Shown piece after piece: positions 39,239 to 48,328 of a stretch of DNA of 64,000 nucleotides. A model generated the notes under the pieces. The model was not told the DNA's origin. It did not search any database and was given only the letters and a program-made list of their open reading frames with translations. Numbering within the stretch: the first letter of the stretch is position 1; each line of letters opens with the position of its first letter. Source of the DNA: an uncultured Thermoleophilia bacterium (GTDB lineage: Bacteria; Actinomycetota; Thermoleophilia; UBA2241); contig CAVPCT010000004.1 in the NCBI GenBank assembly GCA_963702475.1, forward strand, positions 437,101-501,100, written 5' to 3'. The translations under genes and the position numbers were made by a program.

Positions 39239-40213
39239 GTGCGCGCCTCGGCTCGCCACCCGTTCCTCACCAGGCTCGTTCTGACGCCCGTCCTCGCGGT
39301 CCTCGTCGCGGTCGCGATGACGGCGGTCCTCGGCGCGGCCCCAGCCGCCTCCGCCTCCCCGACCGCCGCGCAGATCGACGACTTCCTGGCGACGCAGTCC
39401 TCGCCCATGACCGGCGAGGGCGACACGTTCGTCGCCGCCGGGCGGCAGAACGGCGTCGATCCGGCCTTTCTCGTGGCCATCGCCGGGGCCGAGAGCAGCT
39501 TCGGGCGGTTCCTGTACTCGGAGGGCGGCGACCAGTGCACGTACAACGCCTTCAACTGGTTCTACGGCCCCACATGGCCGCAGAGCGACTTCGCCTCGTG
39601 GAGTGAGGCCATCGAGCGGGTCGCTCAGGGCCTCGCCGGTAGCCTCTACTACGGCTCGGGCCTCTATTCCGTGCAGGCCATCGCGCCGCGGTACTGCCCG
39701 GACGGCACCGCCAACTGGGTCGCCAACGTCACGTCGTTCATGATCCGGCTTGGCGGCAACCCCACCGACACCCGCCTGTCGGTCGCCTACGGTCCCGCCG
39801 CCAGCGATCCCTCACTGCTCGGCGTGGACGGCGAGGTGGAGCTCTCCGGCGAGCCGTTCGCCGTGGGTCGCGAGGTGATCGCCCGCTTCACGCTGACCAA
39901 CGTCGGCGACCAGCCGGTGGCGCTCGACGGCATCCAGCTCATGGCCGTCGATCCTCGCGGCAGCCGGTCGGCGCTGGTCTCGGACAAGCCGGTGACGTTG
40001 CTGCCGGGCCAGCCGCTGGCCGTGGCCGCCGTGTGGCCCCTGGACACCGTCGGCCTGTGGAGCGGCTGGATCGAGGTGGTCCAGGCCGGTCAGGTCAACC
40101 AGGTCGGCGAGAAGACGGCTTTCACCTTCCGCGTCACCCTGCCGCGCGACGCGCTCGAGCGCCGGTGGGCGCGCGCCGACCTGGCGCTCTCCGCCGGCGG
40201 CGCGCGGGACTGA
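39239..40213 (+). CDS. Secreted lysozyme-like/glucosaminidase-like hydrolase with C-terminal Ig-like domain
   Basis: Signal peptide; GVDPAFLVAIAGAESSFG and YNAFNW resemble the lysozyme-superfamily ES motif; RYCP..WVANV. Confidence 0.7.
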   Translation: MRASARHPFLTRLVLTPVLAVLVAVAMTAVLGAAPAASASPTAAQIDDFLATQSSPMTGEGDTFVAAGRQNGVDPAFLVAIAGAESSFGRFLYSEGGDQCTYNAFNWFYGPTWPQSDFASWSEAIERVAQGLAGSLYYGSGLYSVQAIAPRYCPDGTANWVANVTSFMIRLGGNPTDTRLSVAYGPAASDPSLLGVDGEVELSGEPFAVGREVIARFTLTNVGDQPVALDGIQLMAVDPRGSRSALVSDKPVTLLPGQPLAVAAVWPLDTVGLWSGWIEVVQAGQVNQVGEKTAFTFRVTLPRDALERRWARADLALSAGGARD

Positions 40214-40270
40214 CTCGGGCCGGCGCGCGGGACTGGCCACGGCCTGTCGCGACGCCCGCGGCCGCAGGCC

Positions 40271-41666
40271 TCAGAACTGGAAGTACAAGAAGGGGCTCGG
40301 CGCGCTCAGCGCCAGGAGCGAGCCCCCGACCAGGATCCCCAGGGCGACGGCCCAGCGCAGGTTGGGCGCCGGCTTGAGCTCCCAGGTGTTCGGGGCCAGG
40401 TTCACCCACAGCAGCCCGAACACGATGAGCGCCGGCAACACCCTGCCCAGCGGCATGAGGTCGCCGCCGCTCACGCCGTTCAGGCCGACCATGGCGCGCA
40501 GCACGTCGAACGCCTGCGATCATGGTGAGCGCACGGAAGAACACCCACGCCACCACGGCGCAGAGGAACGTCAGCAGGCGGTTCAGCCACACCCAGCCGG
40601 GCGCAAGGCCCCACTTGCGGAACAGCACGTGCACCGACTGGAAGACGCCCCACAGCAGGCCCCAGAAGACGAACGTCCAGGCCGGGCCGTGCCACAGGCC
40701 GGCCAGCAGGAAGGTGAGGAGCAGGTTGCGGACCGTCATCCACGTGGTGCCGCGCGAGCCGCCCAGCGGGATGAAGAGGTAGTCGCGTAGCCACGAGGAC
40801 AGCGACATGTGCCAGCGGCGCCAGAAGTCGGAGGGGTTCCGGGCCTTGTAGGGGGAGTCGAAGTTCTGGGGGAAGCGCAGACCGATCATGAAGGCGACGC
40901 CGACGGCCATGTCGGAGTAGCCGGAGAAGTCGAAGTACAGCTGCAGCGTGTACCCGAGCGCCGCGCCCCAGCCGGAGGCCATGCCGAGCTCGGCGCTGTG
41001 CTCGAAGAGCTTGTTGACGGCGGGCGCCATCATGTCGGCCACCAGCAGCTTCTTGGCGAGGCCCATGGCGAGGAAGAACACCCCGGTGCCGATGAGGCTC
41101 AGGCGGAAGCGCTGCTGGGCGCGTTCGAGCTGCTCGCCGACGTGGCCGTAGCGGATGATCGGCCCGGCCATGAGGTACGGGAACAGCGTGGCCCAGGCGA
41201 GGTAGTGCACCACGCTCTTGGCTGGGCGGATCATGCCGCGGTACACGTCCACCGCGTACGAGATGCCGGCGAACGTGTAGAACGACACGCCGACCGGCAG
41301 GAGCACCTTGAGGACGGGCAGGGGTTCGTCGGCCCCGAACAGGCCGGCCAGGCCGTTCAGCGAGTCGAGGAAGAAGCCGCGGTACTTGAAGTAGGCCAGG
41401 AGGCCGAGGTTGACCGCGATGGCGCCGGCCAGGAGGAGCTTGCGCCGGCGCCCGCCCTGCGTGCCGGAAATGACGTGGCCGGCGACCCAGTCCACCAGCG
41501 TCGTGCCGAGCAGCAGCGGCAGGTATCGCCAGTCCCAGAGCCCGTAGAAAACGCACGAGGCGACGATGAGGAAGATGAGCCGGGGGTAGCCGCGCGGGAC
41601 CACCCAGTACAGGATGACGACCGCCGGCAGGAAGTACAGCAGGAAGCCGAAGCTGTTGAAGAGCAC
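40271..41666 (-). CDS. MBOAT O-acyltransferase (AlgI/DltB-like) with one +1 frameshift near 40520
   Basis: LPVGVSFYTF, FPYLMAGPI, YFDFSGYSDMA, NFDSPY, FWRRWHMSLSSW, GLWHG; C-terminus SPFLYFQF lies in the adjacent frame. Confidence 0.9.
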
Positions 41667-41677
41667 GGTCTACGGCC

Positions 41678-42953
41678 TCACTCGGGCGGCCAGTCCATCT
41701 TCTTGAGCACGTACTTCGCCACCCGGGCGGTGTTGTCGGTGGTCATGTGGACGCCGTCGTAGAAGCCCTCCGGGTCGCCGTCCCAGGTGGTGATGTCGGT
41801 GATGTCGATGAACTCGAAGTCGTACTCGGTCTTCAGCGACTCGAGGTAGTCGAGCACCTGCTGGTGGCGCTGCGGCCAGCCCAGCGGGTCGACGTACTTG
41901 CGCAGCTTGGGGTTGATGGGCGTGAGGACGATGAGCGGGGCAGCCCCCTCCTCGTTCATGAGCGCGAGCGTGTCCTCGAAGTACTTCTTGGCCGTCGGGT
42001 CGAGGCTGAAGTAGGCGTCGGTGTAGAGGTCGGTGTAGCGCTTGACGGAGCTTGGGCCAGCGCGAGTTCCACTCGGCCTCGGTGAGCGGGCGGTCGACCA
42101 TGGTGCCGTCGGCGTTGAAGCGCTTGCGGTACTCGTCGTACTTGCGCTTGACCTTCTTGCGGTTCATGAGCACGCGCAGGGAGTCCTTGGCGCTGTCCAG
42201 GGAGAACACCGACGAGCGGTTGGCCCAGACCTGGCGGGCGATGGCCGACGGCGTCTTGCGGATGGTCCCCGAGCCCTCGACGTACTGGGCGAGACGCGGT
42301 TCGTTGGCGGTGCGCCCCTGGATCTTGAACGGCACGAACGACTCCACGTCGACCAGCCAGAAGTACTTGGGCACGGCGTCGGGAAAGGTGTCGTGGATGA
42401 AGTTCGTCATGGCCCACGCGTCGGCGGTGCCGCCGATGCCGTTCACGCCGCCGTTGAAGGTGCGCAGACCCGTGAGCTCCTCGAAATCCTCCGGCATGTA
42501 CCGCATGGAGCGCGAGCTGCCGAGGAGGACGAGCTGCGGGGCCTGCTTCATGTTCTCGACCGCATCGGCCTTGATGGTGCGGTCGGACGTGGTGACGGTC
42601 GGCAGCAGCTTCATGCCGATGAGGCCGTACGGGTCGGCGAGGGTGTTGAACGCGCCGACCATGGCCATCACCACGAGGGCCGCGGCCACAAGGACCAGCA
42701 AGAACCAGAAGGTCCTGCGACCCTTGGACTGGTCGATCTCGGGCGGGTCGGGGATGACGCGCTTCTTGACGCCGGACTGCGAAGGGGCCGGGCCGTCCGC
42801 GGCCGCCGTCCCGTCCGGCGCCGCGCCGGGCTGCGGCCGGTTCAGGCCCTCCGCCCCGTCCAGCGACTGCCCGCCCGGAGCCAGCCGGGAGGGCACCCCT
42901 GGACCTTCGTCCTCGGGGGACAGGGCGAACGGCTCGTTGTCGTCGGGGTTCAC
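41678..42953 (-). CDS. Membrane-anchored SGNH-like (AlgJ/DltD-like) protein with one +1 frameshift near 42050
   Basis: TM then DPYG, LLGSSRS, FYDGVH (DxxH) in the downstream frame; directly upstream of the MBOAT. Confidence 0.75.
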
Positions 42954-43051
42954 AGCAGTGGGAGGGCTTGGGGTGAGCGCACGGGCAGGAAGGATACCAC
43001 GGAGGGTGTGACGTGCGGCGCGCGGCGCGGGTGCGGACTTCGCCTCGGGGC

Positions 43052-43285
43052 ATGGCGACGGTATGCATCGACCACGGTGAGGCGCTCGTTGAGCGGGTGC
43101 TGCCGGTGGAGCGGCTCTGGCGGGCTGCCGTGGGTCTCGCGCTCCGCACCGACCACACCGTCTACGACGCGGTGTTCGCCGCCGCCGCCGAGCGGACCGG
43201 CACCAGCGTCCTGACCTTCGACCGGCGTCTGCTCGCCGCCTTTGCCGATCTCGCCGCGGACGCGCGCACGGCGGGCGTGCGGTAG
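43052..43285 (+). pseudogene. Truncated PIN/VapC-domain remnant
   Basis: AVGLAL..HTVYDAVFAAAAE..VLTFDRRL is the C-terminal half of a PIN domain; the N-terminal D-T/S motif and an antitoxin are absent. Confidence 0.65.
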
Positions 43286-43336
43286 GGGCGGAGGGCGCCC
43301 GGGTGAGGCGCGGTGCGACGGCGGACGGCGCCCCTG

Positions 43337-43951
43337 TCAGCCGGCGTTCGATGCCGCCGGCGCGGCGAGGGCGCCGGAGATGCGCTCCGCCAGACCGTCG
43401 TCCGGCACCTCGTCCACGGCGCCGCTGGCGATGCCTGAGTCGTGGAAGCCGGCCGGCCCGCGACCGCGGAGGAACCCGCGGACCAGGCGGATGCTGCCGC
43501 CGTGCGTGACGATCAGGGTGCGGCGGCCGTCGCGGGCCACGTCGCGCAACGCCGCGAGCACGCGGCGCTGCTGCTCGGCCAGGCTCTCGCCGCCGGGAAA
43601 GCGGAACGTCTCGGGGTGCTCGCGGTAGTGGCGCCACGTCTCGGGGTCCTCTTGCACGATCTCGTCGAACAGGCGCTGCTCCCACTCGCCGCGGTGCGTC
43701 TCCGCGACGCGCGGGTCGGCGACCATGGGGAGGTCGCCGCCGAGTTCGTCGCGGACGATGGCCGCGGTCTCGAGTGCGCGCAGCAGGTGGCTGGTGACGA
43801 TGAGCTGGAGGCCGCGCCCTTCGAGCGCGCGAGCGCACTCGCGCGCTTGGGCGCGGCCGGTCTCGTTCAGCCCGATGTCGGCCCAGCCCTGGCAGCGGGC
43901 CGGCTCGAGGTTCCAGTCGGTCTGGCAGTGCCTGAGGAGCAGGATGGTCAC
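43337..43951 (-). CDS. Histidine phosphatase (phosphoglycerate mutase-like) family protein
   Basis: LRHCQTDWN (RHG variant), SHLLRALETA, E..GEWE, PGGES, VTHGG. Confidence 0.88.
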   Translation of the reverse strand: MTILLLRHCQTDWNLEPARCQGWADIGLNETGRAQARECARALEGRGLQLIVTSHLLRALETAAIVRDELGGDLPMVADPRVAETHRGEWEQRLFDEIVQEDPETWRHYREHPETFRFPGGESLAEQQRRVLAALRDVARDGRRTLIVTHGGSIRLVRGFLRGRGPAGFHDSGIASGAVDEVPDDGLAERISGALAAPAASNAG

Positions 43952-44039
43952 ACGTCCGCCTCAGCGGTGACGATGGTCCGGGCGTTCTGCACGGCGACGG
44001 TCGGCTCGGGCGCTGGCGCCGGGATGGCCCCGGGGCGCG

Positions 44040-44792
44040 TCAGTGGAAGGTCAGCAGGGTGTCGCCGCGCACACCCAGGCGGAGCGTCTCCACCGAGATG
44101 ACCTCATCCGGCGGGATGTTGCCCAGGTTCACGTTGGCGCCGAACTGCGTGATGAACCAGGCCTGCTGCTTCTTTATGGGCGCCTCGAAGAGGATCTGGG
44201 CAGTGTCGAACGCCTCGCGGATCTCCTCCAGCAGGCCGTCCTTGACGTCGCCGGTGGGGCGGTAGATGCCGACGGTGCCCGACTCGCGGCCCTCGGTGAT
44301 GACCTTCCAGGCGCCGGCCTCGAGCTCCCTGCCGATCTTGTCGATCCACGTGGACGGCGTGATGGTGACGGAGTCGTCCTTGCTGCCCACCTCGCTGAGG
44401 ACCTTGAACTCGCCGGAGAAGCGGCGGAGCAGGGCGAGCTTGTCCTCCTCCTCCATGGCGATGGTGCCGTCGGAGATCTCCACACAGGTCATCTCGCACT
44501 CGCGCACGAGCGCCACCCACTCCTCCAGCTTGTTCTGGCGCAGGCAGACCTCGAAGAAGGTGCCGCCGAAGCACACCGGCACGCCATGGCTCTGGTACAG
44601 GGCGACCTTCTCCTTGACGTTGGGCGTGACGCAGGCGGTGCCCCACCCCAGCTTCACGATGTCGACGTAGTCGCCGGCGACCTCCAGGAACTGGCGCACC
44701 TGGTCGAGGCTGAGGCCCTTGTCGAGCACGTGCGTGAGGCCGCTCTCGCGCGGCTTGATGGTGCGCTGCGGCAGCGTGAGAAAGTCGAACAT
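44040..44792 (-). CDS. comA: Phosphosulfolactate synthase (ComA family)
   Basis: KPRESGLTHVLDKG, VDIVKLGWGT, GGTFFE, EISDG, SEVGSK, EGRESG, FEAP, NLGNI, LRLGVRGDT. Confidence 0.92.
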   Translation of the reverse strand: MFDFLTLPQRTIKPRESGLTHVLDKGLSLDQVRQFLEVAGDYVDIVKLGWGTACVTPNVKEKVALYQSHGVPVCFGGTFFEVCLRQNKLEEWVALVRECEMTCVEISDGTIAMEEEDKLALLRRFSGEFKVLSEVGSKDDSVTITPSTWIDKIGRELEAGAWKVITEGRESGTVGIYRPTGDVKDGLLEEIREAFDTAQILFEAPIKKQQAWFITQFGANVNLGNIPPDEVISVETLRLGVRGDTLLTFH

Positions 44793-44914
44793 GCTCGGTC
44801 CTCCATCGGTGTGTGCGCCGCACTCCGGGCGCCTGCCGAATGGTACCAGACGGGGGGCGGACCGACCGGAGCAGTCCGGACGCCGGCGACGGGTGCGGCT
44901 GCAGGCCGCGCCCG

Positions 44915-45934
44915 TCAGCCCTTGAAGAGCAGTGCCAGGCCGCTCAGGAACAGGACGGCGGCCAGGATGACCCGCAGCACCCTGGTCGGGGCCTTGACGG
45001 TGAGCTGCGAACCGAGAAGCACGCCGGGGATCGATCCCATGAGCAGGGATCCCACCATCCACAGGTCGACGTTGCCCACGCTCATCTGCGCGAGGCCGGT
45101 GACGAGCAGGAGGATCATGGCGTGGAAGATGTCGGTGCCGATGATGCGGTCGGTGGTCAATGGATAGAACAGGATGAGGAAGACCGCGAGAAGTGTCCCG
45201 CTGCCCACGGAGGTGAAGCCGATGATGAAACCGGTGCAGAGGCCGAGGCAGACGGTCATGACCTTGAGGCGGCGCGTCATGCGGATGTTCTCGCGCCGGT
45301 ACGTCCGGTCGACGTGCATGACGACCTTCACGACGAGCAGCACTCCGACCATCATCAGGGCCGAGCCGATGGCCTTGTAGAGGGCGCCGTTGATGAGGTC
45401 GCCGTAGGTGGCCTTGGCCCAGGCGATCGTGGCGACTCCGGCCAGAGACGCCGGGATGCTGCCCAGCGCCAGCCAGAGTGCCAGGGGGATGTCGACCGAC
45501 CCCTGACGCCAGTGCTTCCACGAGCCGGCCACCTTGGTGACGGCGGCGTAGGTGACGTCGGTGCCTATCGCCATGGTCGGCTCGAAGCCGAAGAAGAAGA
45601 TCAGCACCGGCGTCATGAGGGCGCCGCCGCCCATACCGGTGAGACCGACCAGGAAGCCGATCATGAGGCCGGCGATGCTGAGGTAGCCGTTGAGGTTCTC
45701 GCCCACCGTCAGGTAGATGACGAGCACGAACAGGCCCCAGCCGGCGAGACCGGCGCCCCAGCGCTTCGCCCAGGCGCCGGCGGTCAGGCCGCTGGGCTCG
45801 GGGCCGGGCCGGAAGGGCGGGAGGGTCTCGTCGATCGCGGGGTCGTAGACCTCGCCGTCGCTGTCCGGGTCGTGCTCGCCGGGCAGAAGCCGACGGGCGT
45901 CGACCGTCACGGCGGTGCTCTCGGTCTCAGTCAT
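44915..45934 (-). CDS. TauE/SafE (TSUP) sulfite/sulfonate exporter
   Basis: GLTGMGGGALMTP, AIGTD, TSVGSG, IIGTDIFHA, GSIPGV. Confidence 0.9.
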   Translation of the reverse strand: MTETESTAVTVDARRLLPGEHDPDSDGEVYDPAIDETLPPFRPGPEPSGLTAGAWAKRWGAGLAGWGLFVLVIYLTVGENLNGYLSIAGLMIGFLVGLTGMGGGALMTPVLIFFFGFEPTMAIGTDVTYAAVTKVAGSWKHWRQGSVDIPLALWLALGSIPASLAGVATIAWAKATYGDLINGALYKAIGSALMMVGVLLVVKVVMHVDRTYRRENIRMTRRLKVMTVCLGLCTGFIIGFTSVGSGTLLAVFLILFYPLTTDRIIGTDIFHAMILLLVTGLAQMSVGNVDLWMVGSLLMGSIPGVLLGSQLTVKAPTRVLRVILAAVLFLSGLALLFKG

Positions 45935-45944
45935 GATGCGCGGC

Positions 45945-45988
45945 ACTATGGGCGCGCGGGAATTATCTGTCAAATAAGGAGAATAGAT
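45945..45988 (-). promoter_or_regulatory. tauE-comA promoter with adjacent LysR-type T-N11-A box
   Basis: TTGACA (45973-45968), 17 nt, CATAGT (45950-45945); AT-rich ATAAGGAGAATAGAT (45974-45988) abuts the -35. Confidence 0.5.
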
Positions 45989-46128
45989 GTTCAGCGCTTC
46001 GTGCCGCTGCACCCCGCCGCTCAGGCTCGGCGGCAGAAGCCGGCCTTATGCGAGGCGGCGCACGTATCACAAACGGGAATGAGACACGCGCCGACGGATG
46101 CGGCCGAGGGCCGGGCGCGCGAGGGCGG

Positions 46129-47040
46129 TCAGAAGACGGGGGCCGCCGCCGCGTACTGCTCGCGGAAGAACGTGAGCAGGGCCTCGGCGGCCCGGCTCAG
46201 CACCCGTGTCTTCGAGCGTACACTATAGAAGTCACGCAGGATGCGAAAACCCTCGATGGGCACTACGACCAGGGCTCCGTGCTCGACCTCCGGCACGATC
46301 GCCCAGCGGCTGACGAAGGTGACGCCGCCGCCGGCGATGGCGGCCTGCTTGGCAGACTCCATGAGGCCCATCTCCATGGCCACGTTCAGCTGGTCGATGC
46401 GCACGCCGGCGCGCTGCAGGTGGTCCTCCACGACGATGCGCACGCCGGCGCCCTGCTGCTGCATCACCTGCGGCTCGGCGACCACCCGCTCGAGCGTGAC
46501 GGGTCCGCCAGTGGCCCAGCGGTGCGCGGGACCGCAGACGAGCACGATCTCGTCGCGCGCGAGCGGTTCGGCCACCAGCTCCGGCCGCGGCGTCACCGCG
46601 CCGACCGCGCCGATCTCGAACTCGCGCGCCAGGACGCTCTCCACCACGGCGTGCGTGTCGTCCACGTGCAACGAGATGGACACGCCCGGGTAGGCCTCGC
46701 GGAACTGGGTGAGCATGCCGGGCAGCACGTGCTCGCCCGGTCCCGTGGAGGCCCCTACCATGACTCGACCGGCAATGAGCTCGCCGAGGTCGAGGATCTC
46801 CGTGCGGGCGCGCTCGTCGAGGTCGAGGATCTCGCGGCCGTAGCGGTACAGCACCTGTCCGGCGTCGGTGGGCACCACGGTGCGGCGCGAGCGGTCGAGC
46901 AGCGTGGTCTTGAGCTCGCGCTCCATGCTGCGCACCTGCTGACTGGCCGCCGGCTGGGTGATGTGCAGCTCGTCCGCGGCGAGCGAGAAGCTGCGGCGGT
47001 CGACGATCCTGCAGAACAGGCGGATCTGGCGGATATCCAT
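46129..47040 (-). CDS. LysR-family regulator (CysL-like)
   Basis: SFSLAADELHITQPAASQQVRSME HTH; GASTGPGEHVLP; EIGAVG. Confidence 0.9.
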   Translation of the reverse strand: MDIRQIRLFCRIVDRRSFSLAADELHITQPAASQQVRSMERELKTTLLDRSRRTVVPTDAGQVLYRYGREILDLDERARTEILDLGELIAGRVMVGASTGPGEHVLPGMLTQFREAYPGVSISLHVDDTHAVVESVLAREFEIGAVGAVTPRPELVAEPLARDEIVLVCGPAHRWATGGPVTLERVVAEPQVMQQQGAGVRIVVEDHLQRAGVRIDQLNVAMEMGLMESAKQAAIAGGGVTFVSRWAIVPEVEHGALVVVPIEGFRILRDFYSVRSKTRVLSRAAEALLTFFREQYAAAAPVF

Positions 47041-47147
47041 GCAAACAGCTTATACAGTACTTTCGAGGATGGCGCACGCTGGGTCCGGCGGAGGGCGGCC
47101 TCAGGGGGTCGGTGCCGGGCGCCGGGTCGGCATGACGCCGGGTGGGC

Positions 47148-48263
47148 TCAGACCAAGGGAGGCGACTGGCTGTCGCCGACGTCCGCCAGGAGGCGGCCCA
47201 GGCGCGCCCGGCGGGTCGTGCGGCGCGCCAGCTCGAGCAGGCGGTCGACGAACAGCGAGGGGTCCCGCGGCTGGACGGCGGCGAGCCGCGGGTCCTTCTT
47301 CACGAGGAGCACCTCGTCGCTCGACGAGACGCACAGCAGACGGCCGTCGGCGATGAGCGCCGCCTCCACCGCCGTCGGGGGCCGGCGGGACACGGTGTAC
47401 GCGGGCGTGCCCAGAGCGGCGGCCTCGCGCGCCATCACGCCGCCCGCGCCGAGCACGAAGTCGGCCGCGGCGAGCAGGCTGACGGCGTCGGGTAGCGGTC
47501 CGCCGGGCGCCACGAGGCCCTGCGGGGCGCGCACGAGGAACCGCGCACGTTGTGCCGCGTCCCTGGCCACCAGGATCAGCGAAACCCGCTCCCGGGCCGC
47601 GAGGTCGCCGACGAGGTCCAGCAGGAGAGTCTCGGCGCGCACGGCCTCCCCGGCCGGCGGCCGCGACGGGTGCCCCGGCGCGCCGGTCACGAGCGGCGGG
47701 CGCACGACGCCGACGACGTCGAGCGGCTCGTGCGTGAGGCGTGCGAGCACCCTGGGGTCGGGCCGCACGTCGTACAGGTAGTACTCCTCGGCGAAGCCGG
47801 GGTACCGGAACAGCTTGTCGCGCGGCGCGCCGAACGCCTCGAGCGTCTCCGGAGGGACCGCCTCGGGTACGGCGACTTCGTCCACAAGGCGCACGTTGAC
47901 GGAGTTGCCGCGACGGGCGCGCCCGTCGTCGAGAAAGGTGAGCTGCGGGATGCCGAGCGCCCAGGCGGCCAGCACGAAGTCGCTGGCGTGGCTGCCGGCG
48001 GCCACGTCGAAGCGGCCGCCGGAGGCGGAGCCCAGCAGTCGCGCTGTACGGTTGACCAGCCCCACGGCCCGGGTGCCCGGCCCGCCACCCCGGTGACCGG
48101 TTGTCAGCACACCGCCGAGACCGTAGCGGCGCAGGACCTCGTCGGCGCCGGCGAAGCGCCGCGCCGTGACGGTGACCACGTGGCCGGCGTCCTCCAGACG
48201 CCGGACGATGGGCGCGAAGAACACGACGCGAGAAGCATCGGTGATGTCGACCCAGACGCGCAT
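47148..48263 (-). CDS. DUF354-family protein (GT-B-like)
   Basis: MRVWVDIT..FFAPI, YPGFAEEYYL, GAGGVMAREAAALGTPAY. Confidence 0.75.
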   Translation of the reverse strand: MRVWVDITDASRVVFFAPIVRRLEDAGHVVTVTARRFAGADEVLRRYGLGGVLTTGHRGGGPGTRAVGLVNRTARLLGSASGGRFDVAAGSHASDFVLAAWALGIPQLTFLDDGRARRGNSVNVRLVDEVAVPEAVPPETLEAFGAPRDKLFRYPGFAEEYYLYDVRPDPRVLARLTHEPLDVVGVVRPPLVTGAPGHPSRPPAGEAVRAETLLLDLVGDLAARERVSLILVARDAAQRARFLVRAPQGLVAPGGPLPDAVSLLAAADFVLGAGGVMAREAAALGTPAYTVSRRPPTAVEAALIADGRLLCVSSSDEVLLVKKDPRLAAVQPRDPSLFVDRLLELARRTTRRARLGRLLADVGDSQSPPLV

Positions 48264-48328
48264 GCCTCACCGCTTGGCCGCGCGCGACCCGGCGCCCGTC
48301 GCGACGGGCACGACCCGCGCGTGACCGT

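Noticed and set aside
44040-44792. comA as evidence of coenzyme M biosynthesis or methanogenesis
   Set aside because: No comB/C/D/E in the window; ComA homologs are widespread in non-methanogenic bacteria.
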